Assembly (NCBI RefSeq): GCF_009914755.1
Contig: NC_060927.1
Length of the DNA stretch: 64,000 nt
Reading direction: 5' to 3' (one strand)
Origin: the human T2T-CHM13v2.0 reference genome, Homo sapiens
Shown: in pieces, positions 13,603 to 31,156 of the stretch
How positions within the stretch are numbered: position 1 is the stretch's first letter
How the letters are laid out: each line of letters opens with the position of its first letter
Made by a program: the position numbers and the translations under genes
The notes under the pieces: generated by a model
Seen by the model: the letters and a program-made list of their open reading frames with translations, nothing else
The model's database searches: none
What the model was told of the DNA's origin: nothing

Positions 13603-14790
13603 TAGGAATAACTTGAAGATATTACAGTTTTTATTCCAGACCACCACAATAAAGTGAATATTGCAACAAGGCAATTTACATGATATTTTTGTTTACCAGG
13701 ACACATAAAAATTATGTTTACACTGACTGCAGTTTATTAAGTGTGCAATAGTATTATGTATAAAAACAATGTAAATATTTTAATTAAAAATACTTCATTG
13801 CTAAAAATGCAAGTGATCCTCTGAGCCTTTAGTAAGTTGTAATTTATTGGCAGTGGAAAGTTTTGTCTTGATGTTGATGGCTGCTGACTGATCAGGATGG
13901 CGATTGCTGAAGGTTGAAGTGGCTATGGATATTTTCAAAAATAAGACAACAAAGAAGTTGTCTGCATCAATTGACTGTAACATGAGATTTCTATGTAGCA
14001 TATGATGCTGATTGATAGCACTTTAACCACAGTAGAACTTCTTACTAATTCCTTTTTTTTGGGAGAGAATATCACTATGTCTCCCAGGCTGGAGTGCAGT
14101 GGTGCAATCATAGTTTACTGTAACCTCAAACTCTTGTGCTCCTGCAGATCCTCCTGTTTCAGCCACCAGAGTAGCTAGGGCTACAGGTATGTACCACCAT
14201 GCCTGGCTCATTAATTTTTTTTGTTTGTTTGTTTTTAGAAACCAGGTCTCATTATGTTGCCCAGGCTAGTCTCAATCTCCTGGGCTCAAGAAATCTTTCT
14301 GCCTTGACTTCCCAAAGTCCTAGGATTATAGATGTGAGCCATTGTTTCTGGTCCCACTGGAATGTCTTTCAAGACTGGACTCAATCTTCTCAAACCCTGC
14401 CACAGCTTGCTCAACTAAGTTTACATGTTTTTCAAAATCCCTTGTTGTCATTTCAACAATATTCACACCAACTTTACCAAGAATAGAGTCCATCTCAAGA
14501 AACCGTATTCTTGACTCCATAAAAAATAACTTCTCACTGGTTAAATTTTTATTATGAGATTGCAGTACTCAGTTGCATCTTCAGATTTTACTTCTAGTTC
14601 TCTTCCTATGTCCACTACATCTGCAATTACTTTCCCTACTGAGGACTTGAACCCCTTCAAGTAAACCATAAGAATTTGAGTAAATTCCTTCCTATTAACA
14701 TTAATATTTTGACCTCCTCCCATGAACCATGAATGTTCTTAAAGACATCTAGACTGGTAAATTCTTTCCAAAAGGTTTTTAACTTACTTT
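13603..14790 (-). mobile_element. Tigger1 (TcMar) DNA transposon fragment, interrupted by an Alu
   Basis: Terminus ...ttccagaccaccacaataaagtgaatattgc; minus-strand transposase remnants VNIVEMTTRDFEKHVNLVEQAVAGFEKIESSLE. Confidence 0.88.
14053..14353 (-). mobile_element. AluJ
   Basis: Diverged antisense dimer inside Tigger1. Confidence 0.9.
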
Positions 14791-15420
14791 GTCCAGATCC
14801 ATTAGAAGAATTACTATCTATGGCAGCTATAACCTTAAAAATGTATTTCTTTTTTATTAGTTTTTAATTTTTAAGAGTACATAGTAGGTGTATATATTTA
14901 TAGATATGGTGCATAAGATTTTGATAACATTTGCTTTACAAACATTCAAATTATACTTTCAGTTACTTTAAAATGTGCAATAACTTATTGTTGACTGTAA
15001 TCACCCTGTTGTGCTATCAAATACTAGATCTTATTTATTCTAATTATAATTTGTACCCATAAACCATCCCCACTCCCCTACCCCTCTATCCTTCTCAGCC
15101 TTTGGTAACCATCATTCTTCTATCTTCATAAGTTCAATTGTTTTAGTTGTTTAGCTCCCTATGAGATAAATATAACAAAGAGATTAAAATAATTTAAAAG
15201 AATCAAGCAGAAATCCTGGAGCTGAAAAATGGTATTGACATACTAAAAATAATGACAATATAACTGGAATGTTTGTAACATAAAAAAGGATAAATGCTTA
15301 AGATGATGGATACCACATTTACCATGATGTGATTCTTACATATCGTATGCTTGTATCAAAATAGTTTATGTACTCTACAAATATATACATTAACTATTTA
15401 CTCACAAAAATTTTTAAAAA
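14791..15420. mobile_element. Composite of L1MA fragments: minus 3' end 14791-15162, plus ORF1 piece, plus 3' end 15251-15420
   Basis: L1MA 3'UTR motifs on both strands; ORF1-like piece aagaatcaagcagaaatcctggagctgaaaaat. Confidence 0.65.
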
Positions 15421-15979
15421 TGCAATATCTTGGGAGTACAATTAAAAAAAACAGAATCGACCAACAGGAGACAATATTGATGAAAATACCAAATGGTTTT
15501 CTTCAAGCAGAAGTTGTGTAATATTTAAAGAAAAATCACAGATTTAGGACGAATGACGACAATAAATGTAAGGGAATCTAAACAAACAGATTATCTAAAA
15601 CAATGATCATGTCATTTGAGCTTAAAATGAAAATTAAATTAAAATACATGCAAACAGCAGTCTATACATTGAGAATGTGGCAAATGGAATTGAAGTGATT
15701 TAAGATTCCTTCATTATATGGGAAGAGGGTAAGTTGTCATAAATATTATATTTTGACATGCCAAGAATAGATTTTGCAATCTTTAGGGAAAAGACCAATT
15801 ATTTAAAGAACATATTTCTTTAACACCAGAGAGAAAAGAAATGGAGAAAAATATAATCCCAAACAAGGGAAACAAATAATACAAATAATTACTTAAATTA
15901 CAATTTAAAGCTTGGTAAAAATAAATGCAATTATATCAGTAAGCACATTAGGTTTAAATGGACTGAATGCTGTACATTT

Positions 15980-16131
15980 TTTACCACCATGCCTGGATAG
16001 TTTTTTTAGTTTTTGCCGAAACAGGGTCTGGTTGTGTTGCCTAGGCTGATCTTGAAATCCTGGCCTAGGTGATCCTCTTGCCTCAGCCTCCCAAAGTGCT
16101 AGGAGTATAGGCGTAAGCCACCAAGCAGCCT
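15980..16131 (-). mobile_element. Alu left monomer/partial AluJ
   Basis: Antisense Alu left arm (cctcagcctcccaaagtgctagg). Confidence 0.85.
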
Positions 16132-16597
16132 GCCTTTTTTGTTTTTTTTTTTTTTTTTTTAGTAATTAAATTGAATTGAAAAAAAACACTGAAAATAAAG
16201 TTTCAGGGCAATAAGAGCAAAGAAACAGTGAAAATAAAAGATTACAGAATAATCCAAGAAAACAAAGCAGACACTAACTAAAAGAATGCTATTGTTGCTT
16301 TAGGGACAGCAAAAACAATAGGCTTTTAATAAAATACCTTTACCAAAAATAATAAGGATACATCATAATGATAACAAAGCATAATTCTTTAAGATATAAT
16401 ACTTCTAAATTGTATATACAAATGAATATATTCTCAAACATATAAAACAAAAATTGACAGAACTAAAAGCAGAAATAAAAAATTATAGAAAATTAGAAAA
16501 TGTAAATAAAATGATTAGTAAATTTAATTTAAAAATACAGACTATCCAACAATAGAATGTATTTTTATTAGCTGCAACACTTATAAAACACTTTCTG

Positions 16598-16906
<309 letters not shown>

Positions 16907-16973
16907 CCCATATTCTAGTTCATATGATAAGGAAGGTAATAAGAAAAATATTTCAAAATTAAAAATACAATTT

Positions 16974-17105
16974 AGCTGGCTGTAGTGGCTCAAGGCTGTA
17001 ATTCCAACACTTTGGGAGGCCCAGGCAGATGGGAGGATCACTTGAGGCCAGGACTTCAAGACCAGCCTAGGCAACACAGAAAGTCCCTGTCTCTGTTAAA
17101 ATAAT
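16974..17105 (+). mobile_element. FLAM/Alu left monomer
   Basis: Single left arm with ggaggatcacttgaggccagg. Confidence 0.85.
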
Positions 17106-17790
17106 TTTTAAAAGTGCATATGTGTGTGTGTGTATCATGTAAAATATAGAAATATAAGTACAAATGAATCAGAGTTCTTCAGTTTGTATCTATGCTTCTC
17201 TCTCACACATGAATTAATGTTAAATGAGAGTGGTTTGCAATCTTTAAACTTAGAAATTCTTCATTCTCAGAAAAAAGTGATACTTTTGTAATTAGCATAA
17301 GACAAAACTTTTCTCCAAGTTTTTATTTGTATTTTCTTTTAGAAACACACTATCATTACAAGTTATATCTTTGGCATAACTTTCTCTTGAAATATGTAAT
17401 AACACATGTTGGGTGATATATTTTGGTCTGAAAGTTGAATCAAGGGTTGAATCAAGGGGTAATACAGGAAATCAAATGTTAAAAAAAAAGTTTCCAGAGG
17501 CTAACTGCAGCATGAGGTATTTAATAATAAAATGTTGACATCTAAAAATATTATATTTATAACTTAAACATCTTACTAAAAATAAGACTCCTAGGTCCAG
17601 ATTTTTGTGCTGGTAAATCCTATAAAATATTTAAAGAAGAAATAGTATAACTTTTACAGAACCACTCCTAGATAGTAAAAAAATATATATATAGGAATTC
17701 CTTGTTTTCTAACATCATCATAACCTTGATGACAAAACCTAAGCGCATTATAACCCCACTTCACTCATGGAAATAGAAACAATGTCATAA

Positions 17791-18033
17791 GGCCAGGCAC
17801 TGTGGCTCACGCCTGTAATCCCAGCACTTTGGGAGGCTGAGGCAGGAGGATTGCTTGATCTTGAGCTCTTGAGCTCAAGAGTTTAGATCAGCCTGGTCAA
17901 CTTGGAGAAACTCCCTCTCTACAGAAAATACAAAAATTAGACGTTTGTGGTGGCACATGCCTGTAGTTCCAGCTACTCAGAAGGTTGAGATGGGAGGATC
18001 ACCACTTGAACCCAGGAGGTAGAGCCTATAGTG
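17791..18033 (+). mobile_element. AluJ, 3'-truncated
   Basis: Left arm plus partial right arm; no A tail. Confidence 0.88.
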
Positions 18034-19029
18034 TTCAAATTTCCATTTGTTTCATACTTTTTAGTTTATTTGAATAAATTGCCATATTCCTATATTTAAA
18101 ATTTTACAAATATTTAATATTTAAAAACAATTGAAATTATGATTTCTGTCTTTTTGTTTATTCTTTAAAATTAATTTTTGGAGAAACCTGGTTTCTCCTG
18201 CTATGATTTCTGACACTTGAGATTTTGCCATTGCATCCTCATGGTATAATTTAACATGCTCTTTTGCCCTCTCTATTTACTATCAATCAGAAGTTAACAA
18301 ATAAACCACATGCTAATACCTGTAAGAAAATATAAATGGCTATACCTTGTGTTAATAATTACTAATGTGTATAAATTAAAGGCATTATTCATTAGATAAG
18401 TTTTCATTAAATTGGTAAGATATGCAAGATCTATCTATGTCCATTAAAAAGATATCTATTCTATTTGCTTGTGTTTTTTTTTTTTTTACTGGCATCTTGT
18501 AGATACAGAACTTTATTTCATAAAGACTTAACATTCTGACAGACTGATCTCCAGTGAACAAAATATACTCCATTTATATTGTAATTACATTTAAGTAGAA
18601 AATTCAGAATTTGAATTAAAAACAAACGGCACAGAAAGATTTATGTTTCTCATTTGTACTTTTAAAAGACAAGTACAAATTTTGGAACTCAATTATTTGG
18701 CATTTTACAGTTTATTTATATGCTATAACTGAGCTCTAAAGTAATTTCATGAAGTTATAATATCCAACCATATATATAACTTTCAGAAATTTTTGTACAT
18801 TATTCTAAATATTGGCATATAAAAATTATGTAATATGCTATTGATACCATGTAAAACAGACGACAGTGAAGATTTTACAAAATAAATAAAATGTATTTCC
18901 TACATATACATATTGGATGAGCAGTTTTTAGAATTTTTTTTTTCTAATAGCTCTTCAGTAGAAACAGAAATAGCAGATGGCGAACGAGCTCCATATGTAT
19001 CCACCACCTTTACTCAAGTGCCTGGCAAG

Positions 19030-21060
19030 GCTAAATGTTTTAGTTCATTTACATTTAATGTAATAATTGGTTTAGTTAGATTAAAGCTTATCATTTTTTA
19101 ATGTTTTTTATTTGTCACATTTGATTTAGGGGTTTCTTTTTTTTCTGATTTATTTTGCATTAAATGAGGTTTTTTTTTTTCCTGTACCTCACTTTAACCC
19201 TTTCATTATTTTTAGCTATGATTTATTTCATATTTTGTGGTAGGATTAAAATATCCAAGCTTAAATTATCACAGTCCACCTTAAAACTTTAAATTAATAT
19301 TTTACCACATTACACACAAATGTGAAAATCAATATAATTCCTCCTCTCTTTTGTGCTATAGTTATACAATTTATTTCTATATATTTATAAAACCAAGAAT
19401 ACAATGATATTATTGCTTTATTAAATTTAATTTCTATTTAAAAATAAGAAATAAGATAAAAATCTTTAAAATTAGTTCAAATATTTACTATTTATAGCAT
19501 CTTTGTTCATTTTTTAATATCTGAAGTTTCCATATATATAAATTCCTTTTAGTGTGAAGAATGTTCTTTAACATTTCTCATATTTAAAGTCTGCTGGGGA
19601 CTAATTCATTGTTTTTGTTTTTCTAAAACTACCACTTTTAAAGGATATTTTTACTAGATATAGAATTCTATCACCACATGGTCTGATATCCAGAATCTAT
19701 AAGAAACTTCAGCAATTGAACAAGCAATAAACCATTAAAAAAGTAGGCAGAAGATAGGAACCGATATTTCTCAAAAGAAGATATACAAGTGGCCAGCAAA
19801 CATGAGAAAATGCTCCACATCATTAATCATCAGATGAATGCAAATCAAAACCAAAATAAGATACCATGTCACATTAGTCAGAATTGCTATTATTAAAAAG
19901 TCAAAACAGATGCTAACAAGACTGCGAAGAAAAGAGAATGCTTATACACTGTTGGTGAGAATGTAAATTAGTTCACCCACTATGGAGAGCAGTTTGGAGA
20001 TTTCTCAAAGAACTTAAAACAGAGCTACTATTTGACTCAGCAATCCCATTACTGTGTACATATCCAAAAGAAACAAATTGTTTTACCAAGAAGACACATA
20101 CACTCACACGTTCATCACAGCGTTATTCACAATAACAAAGACATGGAATCAACTTAAATGCTCATCAATGGTAGACTGGATTAAAAAAATGTGGTACATA
20201 GACACCATGGAATACTACACAGCTATAAAAAAGAATACAATTATGTCCTTTGTAGCAACATGAATGAAACTGGAGGTCATTATTTTAAGTGAATTAACAC
20301 GGGAACAGAAAAGCAAATATTGTATGTTCTTACTTATAAGTGGGAGCTAAACATTAGATACTCATGGACATAAAGATGGCAACAATAGAAACTGGGGCTA
20401 CTATCGGGGGAGAGAAGAAGGAAAGGGTTGAAAATCTAATTACTGGGTACTATGCTCAGTACCTGAATGATGGGATCATTTATACCCCAAACCTCAGCAT
20501 CATGAAATATATTTAGGTTAGCAAAACTGTACATATACTCCCTGAATCTTAAATAAAAGTTGGAAAAGCAAAAGAATTCTGTCAAGATATTTGTTTTCCC
20601 TTTAGTACCTTAAAAATGTAGTTCATATCTTCAGGCTGTATTATTTCTTATGAAATGTCTGAATTGTTTTTATTGTTCCTTTGTATGTAATGTTTGTTTT
20701 GACACTAATTTAAAATTTTAAAATTTGTCTTTGGTTACAGAAACTGACTGTGATATGCCTATGACTGATATTCTTTGTACTAATAAATTAACATGTTTTA
20801 TCAAATTTAGAAAATGTTTGGACGTTATATCTTCAAATATTTTTATCCTTTAATAGCTCTATTATCTGGGAGAGACACAGATGCACACATTTTCTACAGC
20901 TTAATTTTACATAAGAAGTCACTGAAAGTCTTATCATTGTATTTTTTGTTTTTTCCTCTTTTACTTCGGTTTGGATGGCTTACATTAACCTGTTTTTAAC
21001 TTCATTGATTATCTATTCTGCAGTGCTTAATTTCTTGTTGAGTTCATCATTTTTGTTATC
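19030..21060 (-). mobile_element. Old L1M (ORF1/inter-ORF) remnant, antisense
   Basis: T-rich antisense ORF1 motifs (aaggatatttttactagatatagaattct; tgactgtgatatgcct; tattatcttcaaatattt-like). Confidence 0.6.
19674..20572 (+). mobile_element. L1PA16/17-like 5'-truncated insertion with TSD
   Basis: ORF2 C-terminal remnant (TITKTWNQ..DWIKKMWY) plus 3'UTR; TSD AGAATTCT[A/G]TCA at ~19662-19673 and ~20573-20584. Confidence 0.85.
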
Positions 21061-21064
21061 ATAA

Positions 21065-24000
21065 GATAAAAGCTTAAAAACCCAAGAAAAACAACTCTTT
21101 TCAGGTGCAACAGATAATTGAGATCAAGGGGCAAACTACTGCCCCCAAATCTGGTGAGAGAGGCATACAGAGAATGACATCTTACTGGAAACCGAAGTTC
21201 AACACTGGAGCCAGTGGTATAGAAACACTTAAACTGTAATTGATGAATTATAGGAGGCGTAATTTGAATTAGTTTAAGAATTAACAATTTCAGAGAGTCC
21301 AGTCTTAGCTGGGCCACCACACTTCTAAGTGTTTTTTTTCCAGAATGCCACTGGGTTCTCACCTTAAAGATTGAATACAAACCTCCTCATACATCCAATA
21401 GGCATAGGAAAAAGTAACCACTTTGAAATATGTCCAGATAATTCTCTTTTTTGTTGTTCTGTTCTTGATAACGACAATGAGCCCTCTCTCCAGCCCACCC
21501 CCAGCTTTCGCCATGTAGCCTGAACAGAGCAGAGATTAGAGGAAACTGTAACTTGTGAGGAATGTAATTTAACCTTTAAAAAGAAGGAAGTTTTCTATAT
21601 GCATATGCAAAAACATGGATGGACATGAAGGACATTATGCTAAGCGAAATAGATAGTAACAGAAAGATAATTGCTGCTTGATTATGCTTAGGTACCTTAA
21701 ATAGTCAAACTCAGAAACAGAAAGTGGAAGGCTGACTGCCAGGGGCTGGCTGGTGGGGAAACAGGGATTTATTAAAAAAATATGTCAGTTACACGAGATG
21801 ACTAAGTTCAGATAATTGCTGTACAACATTGTACTACTTAACAATGCTGTATTGTTAAAGCATAGTTACAAATTTGTTAAGAGGGTAGATTTCAAGTTAA
21901 GTGTTCCTAATGCAGTTTTAAAAAGTAAAGATATTTACTTATAACAACAACAACAAAAAAAAAAACAACAGCCCTCAAGGAAAACTACTTTACTGGAGTA
22001 TTATCTGAAATGGAGAATAGCAACCCTGTCTATGCTTCCTGTATCACTTCAGGGGAATAAACACGCTGAGGATAATTTCAAAAGTCATATCTCAGTGGTA
22101 CAGTCTCACCAGCAGGTTAAAATATAATCATAGGACTACAGCTTCTTTCCTTCTCCAACACCTACAACCACTTCAATGAGATTTCTGTACAATAATAGAT
22201 TATTACTACTGAAAGAACTACAAGTCTCAGTCTTTTTTTTTTTAAAGAGGTCTCTAGGGACACCCAAAGATAACAAAGAAAACAAAAACTAATACACCAG
22301 AGGAAATTTTAGTTTCTGACACCCACAGCTATTGCAGGCAGTATACAGCCTAACTCCTAGGCAGACAAACATAAAAACTCACACTCAAGTCTAATTTACT
22401 CCAGATCTATTTTGGAACATCAGATCTAGCTTAAGAAAACAAAAAACAAACAAACAAAAAACTATAACACATACTAAAAGACATAAAACACCGTTTGCTG
22501 TGACAGAGAAAGCATTACAATAAGACTTAGAAATACATGGAAATTATCAGACAATTTAACTATGTAATCAAAATTATACTTACATAACCATGTATGCTAA
22601 AATTACTCAAGGCAAAAGTGAAAAATATGCACGAATAGATGTGTAGCAAAGGCAGAGAAATTGAAACTCTAAGAAAGAATTCAAAAGAAAATGCTAAGAA
22701 AAAATGCTGTAGAGAAATAAAGAATATTTCAGATTGGTATAATCGTACACTGCAGATAACTGAGCAGTCATTTTGAAGACATGTCAATAGACACTTTCTG
22801 AACTGAAAATTAAAGGCAAAAATAATGAAAAAGATCAGAATATTCAAAAGTTATGAGACAAATAAAAAATACTGTATGCATAATAAAATTATCAGGGGAA
22901 GAAGGAAGAGAGAAATGAGCGGAATAAATATTTGCAGTAATATTGGCAGAAAAAATTCCAAAATAAGTGACAAACCTAAACCGCACATCTAGAAGGCTCA
23001 GACAACACCAAACAGGAAAAATATCAAAAAGTCTACACTTAAGCATGTAATATTTAAACTGCAGGAAACCAATGACAGAGAAAATCTTAAAAGATGCTAC
23101 AAGAAAAAGAAAAAAAAAAGCAACAATAAAAAACAAAAAAAAACACCTTACCTGTAGAGGAAGAAGAAAAAGACTGTCATTGGTCTTCTCTTCACAAACC
23201 ATGCAATTGAATGGAGTAAAACATTTAGTATTAAAGGAGGAAAAAACTTCCAACCTAGAATTATTTACTGAGTAAAATTATCCTTCAAAAAAGAAGAAAT
23301 ACTTTCTCAGACAAATCAAAACTGAGGAAAATTGTCACCAGTAGACCTGCCTTGCAAGAAATGTTAAAAGAAGTTTTGCAGACACTAAGAAAAGATGTAA
23401 GTCAGAAACTCAGATCTTCATAAACAAAAGAGCATTAAAAAATAAAAGTAAATAAAAGCTTATAATTGTCTTATTAATTAATCTAATAGATAACTATTTG
23501 TTCAAACTAATAACAGTAATAATGTATTGGTTGAATATAGCTTATTTATAAGTAAAATAAATGACAGCAAGTACAGGAGGGAGAAATCAGGAAAATTCTG
23601 TTAAAAGGAACCTGCATTATCCATGAAGAGGTACAGTGTCACTTGAAAGTGGACTTAGTTATAAATTGATACTAGAAACCATAAGGAAATCACCAAAAAA
23701 TTAAAAGGAAGAATAATCTATATGCTAAGAGAGAAGAGAAAGTGAAATCATATATATGCTAAACCAAAGCCAAAGAAGACAGGAAAGAGGGAAATATTAA
23801 AAAAAAAAAAAAAAAGGAACAAGTGCAAAGACTGGAATAATAAAAAAGGTAGATATTAATACAATTCAATCAATACTTACTTTAAATGTGAGTGGTCTAC
23901 ATACGAAAATTAATAGACAAAGAATGACAGAGCAGATAGAAAAAAGAGCTAATCATCGGTGTACAGAAGAAACCCACTTTAAATATAAGATGAAGAGAGA

Positions 24001-25315
24001 TGCAAAAAATATGAATCTGGACACTAACTTTATATGTTTCAAAAGTTTAATTGAAAATGAATGATAAACCTAAGCATAACATGCAAAACTGTAAAATTTC
24101 TAAAATATAACATAGGGAAAATTCAGGTGACCACACTGCAGATTGGTGGAATCATCCACCAAAAGCTTGACCCACGACAAAACAATGTAAGAAGTTGGAT
24201 ATTATTAAAATAAAACAAAAAAATTCTAGTCTATGAGTGACATTGTTAAGAATATAAAGATACAAGCCACATTCTAGGAAAAATATTTGTAAAAAAATAT
24301 ATATATATACCTGATAAAGGACATATATATATGTGTGTGTGTGTATATATATATATGTGTGTATATATATATGATAAAGTACATATATCCAAAATGCAAA
24401 AGAATGTGAAAAGTTTTCAACATCATATTTCATCAGGAAATTGTAAATTAAAACAATAATTAAAAATATATACTCCTATAAATGCAGATGAGCCTGAAGA
24501 GCAACAGGAATTCTCATTCATTGCTGCTGGGAAAGCAAGGTAGTTCAGCCACTTTGGAAGACAGTTTGACAGTTTTCTACAAAACTAAACATGTCTTACC
24601 CCGCAGTCCAACAACTGTTCTACATATTTACACAAATGAGTTGAAAATATATCCATACAAGAACCAGTACACAAGTGTTTATGGCAGCTTAACTCATAAT
24701 TACCTCAATCTGAAAGTGACCAAGATGTACTTCAAAATATGAAAGGATAAAAAACTAGTATATCCATACAATGGAATATTATTCAGTGATAAAAAGAAAT
24801 GAGCTATCAAGATATGAAAAGACATGGAAGAACCTTACACGAACATTTCTAAATCAAAGAAATCAGTCTGAAAAGCGACATACTATATGATTCCAACTAT
24901 ACGGCACTCTGGAAAAGGGTAAACTATAGGAATAGTAGATCAGTGGTTTTCCAGGGACTTGGGGGAAGGAGATGAATGATTAATAATTGGAGCACAGTGA
25001 AATTTTAAGAGTAAAACTTTCTTATATAATACCATAAAGTTGAGTACATGACATGCATTTGTCAAAATCTATAGAACTGTAAACACAAAGAATGAAACAA
25101 TGTAAACTATGTAGTTTAAATAATAATTATGTGTTTATATTAGTTCATCAGTTGTAACAACTATACCACACTAATACAAAATGTAAATAATAGAGGAAAC
25201 TGTGAGAAAGGGTTAGAGGGGATTTATAGGAACTGTATCAACTGCTCACTTTTCTCTAGGCAAAAATCTGTTCTAGTATATAAAGTCTAAAAATTAAGAA
25301 AAAATAAAAAGTCCA
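21065..25315 (+). mobile_element. L1MC/L1MD-type element (5' region, ORF1 remnant, internally deleted ORF2, 3'UTR) with nested L1MA9-like tail at ~21575-21965
   Basis: ORF1 remnants (EKILKDATRK..HLTCRG; ccagtagacctgccttgcaagaaatgttaaaag); 3'UTR tgcatttgtcaaaa...gtaacaactataccacact. Confidence 0.7.
24296..24388. repeat. Compound (TA)n/(TG)n microsatellite
   Basis: atatatatat...gtgtgtgtgt...atatat runs. Confidence 0.85.
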
Positions 25316-25351
25316 AAAGAATTTCAGTGCTCATAATAATAGAATAGCTTC

Positions 25352-26252
25352 GGGAGGAGCCAAGATGGCCGAATAGGAACAGCTCTGGTCTACAGCTCCC
25401 AGCGTGAGCGACGCAGAAGATGGGTGATTTCTGCATTTCCATCTGAGGTACCGGGTTCATCTCACTAGGGAGTGCCAGACAGTGGGCACAGGTCAGTGGG
25501 TGCGTGCACCGTGCGCAAGCCGAAGCAGGGCGAGGCATTGCCTCACTCGGGAAGCGCAAGGGGTCAGGGAGTTCCCTTTCCTAGTCAAAGAAAGGGGTGA
25601 AGGACGGCACCTGGAAAATCGGGTCACTCCCACCCCAATACTGAGCTTTTCCGACGGGCTTAAAAAACGGCGCACCACGAGATTATATCACGCACCTGGC
25701 TCGGAGGGTCCTACACCCACGGAGTCTCGCTGATTGCTAGCACAGCAGTCTGAGATCAAACTGCAAGGCGGCAGCCAGGCTGGGGGAGGAGCGCCCGCCA
25801 TTGCCCAGGCTTGCTGAGGTAAACAAAGCAGCCAGGAAGCTCAAACTGGGTGGAGCCCACCACAGCTCAAGGAGGCCTGCCTGCCTCTGTAGGCTCCACC
25901 TCTGGGGGCAGGGCACAGACAAAAAGACAGCAGTAACCTCTGCAGACTTAAATGTCCCTGTCTGACAGCTTTGAAGAGAGCAATGGTTCTCCCAGTACGC
26001 AGCTGGAGATCTGAGAAGGGGCAGACTGCCTCCTCAAGTGGGTGCCTGACCCCTGACCCCCGAGCAGCCTAACTGGGAGACACCCCCCAACAGGGGCACA
26101 CTGACACCTCACATAGCAGGGTACTCCAACAGCCCTGCAGCTGAGGGTCCTGTCTGTTACAAGGAAAACTAACAAACAGAAAGGACATCCACACCAAAAA
26201 CCCATCTGTACATCACCATCATCAAAGACCAAAAGTAGATAAAACCACAAAG
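25352..26252 (+). promoter_or_regulatory. L1 5'UTR internal sense/antisense promoter with YY1 site
   Basis: CAAGATGGCC YY1 motif at 25361; CpG-rich 5'UTR retained. Confidence 0.85.
25688..25801 (-). pseudogene. ORF0: L1 ORF0, truncated at codon 38
   Basis: MAGAPPPAWLPPCSLISDCCASNQRDSVGVGPSEPGA*; the remainder (VRRFLSPSEK...) follows in frame after the TGA. Confidence 0.8.
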
Positions 26253-27268
26253 ATGGGGAAAAAACAGAACAGAAAAACTGGAAACTCTAAAAAGCAGAGC
26301 GCCTCTCCTCCTCCAAAGGAACGCAGTTCTTCACCAGCAACGGAACAAAGCTGGACGGACAATGACTTTGACGAGCTGAGAGAAGAAGGCTTCAGACGAT
26401 CAAATTACTCTGAGCTACGGGAGGACATTCAAACCAAAGGCAAAGAAGTTGAAAACTTTGAAAAAAATTTAGAAGAATGTATAACTAGAATAACCAATAC
26501 AGAGAAGTGCTTAAAGGAGCTGATGGAGCTGAAAACCAAGGCTCGAGAACTACGTGAAGAATGCAGAAGCCTCAGGAGCCGATGCGATCAACTGGAAGAA
26601 AGGGTATCAGCGATGGAAGATGAAATGAATGAAATGAAGTGAGAAGGGAAGTTTAGAGAAAAAAGAATAAAAAGAAATGAGCAAAGCCTCCAAGAAATAT
26701 GGGACTGTGTGAAAAGACCAAATCTACGTCTGATTGATCTACCTGAAAGTGATGGGGAGAATGGAACCAAGTTGGAAAACACGCTGCAGGATATTATCCA
26801 GGAGAACTTCCCCAATCTAGCAAGGCAGGCCAACGTTCAGATTCAGGAAATACAGAGAACGCCACAAAGATACTCCTCAAGAAGAGCAACTCCAAGACAC
26901 ATAATTGTCAGATTCACCAAAGTTGAAATGAAGGAAAAAATGTTAAGGGCAGCCAGAGAGAAAGGTCGGGTTACCCTCAAAGGGAAGCCCATCAGACTAA
27001 CAGCGGATCTCTCGGCAGAAACCCTACAAGCCAGAAGAGAGTGGGGGCCAATATTCAACATTCTTAAAGAAAAGAATTTTCAACCCAGAATTTCATATCC
27101 AGCCAAACTAACTTCATAAGTGAAGGAGAAATAAAATACTTTACAGACAAGCAAATGCTGAGAGATTTTGTCACCACCAGGCCTGCCCTAAAAGAGCTCC
27201 TGAAAGAAGCACTAAACATGGAAAGGAACAACTGGTACCAGCTGCTGCAAAATCATGCCAAAATGTAA
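26253..27268 (+). pseudogene. ORF1: L1 ORF1p of copy 1, disrupted
   Basis: MGKKQNRKTGNSK...; TGA at 26640-26642 and a frameshift near 27111. Confidence 0.96.
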
Positions 27269-27331
27269 AGACCATTGAGACTAGGAAGAAACTGCATCAA
27301 CTAATGAGCAAAATAACCAGCTAACATCATA

Positions 27332-31156
<3,825 letters not shown>

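Noticed and set aside
25737-25922. 61-aa antisense ORF (MSVPCPQRW...) as ORF0 or a novel gene
   Set aside because: Different frame from ORF0 (MAGAPPPA...); a generic antisense frame of the L1 5'UTR.
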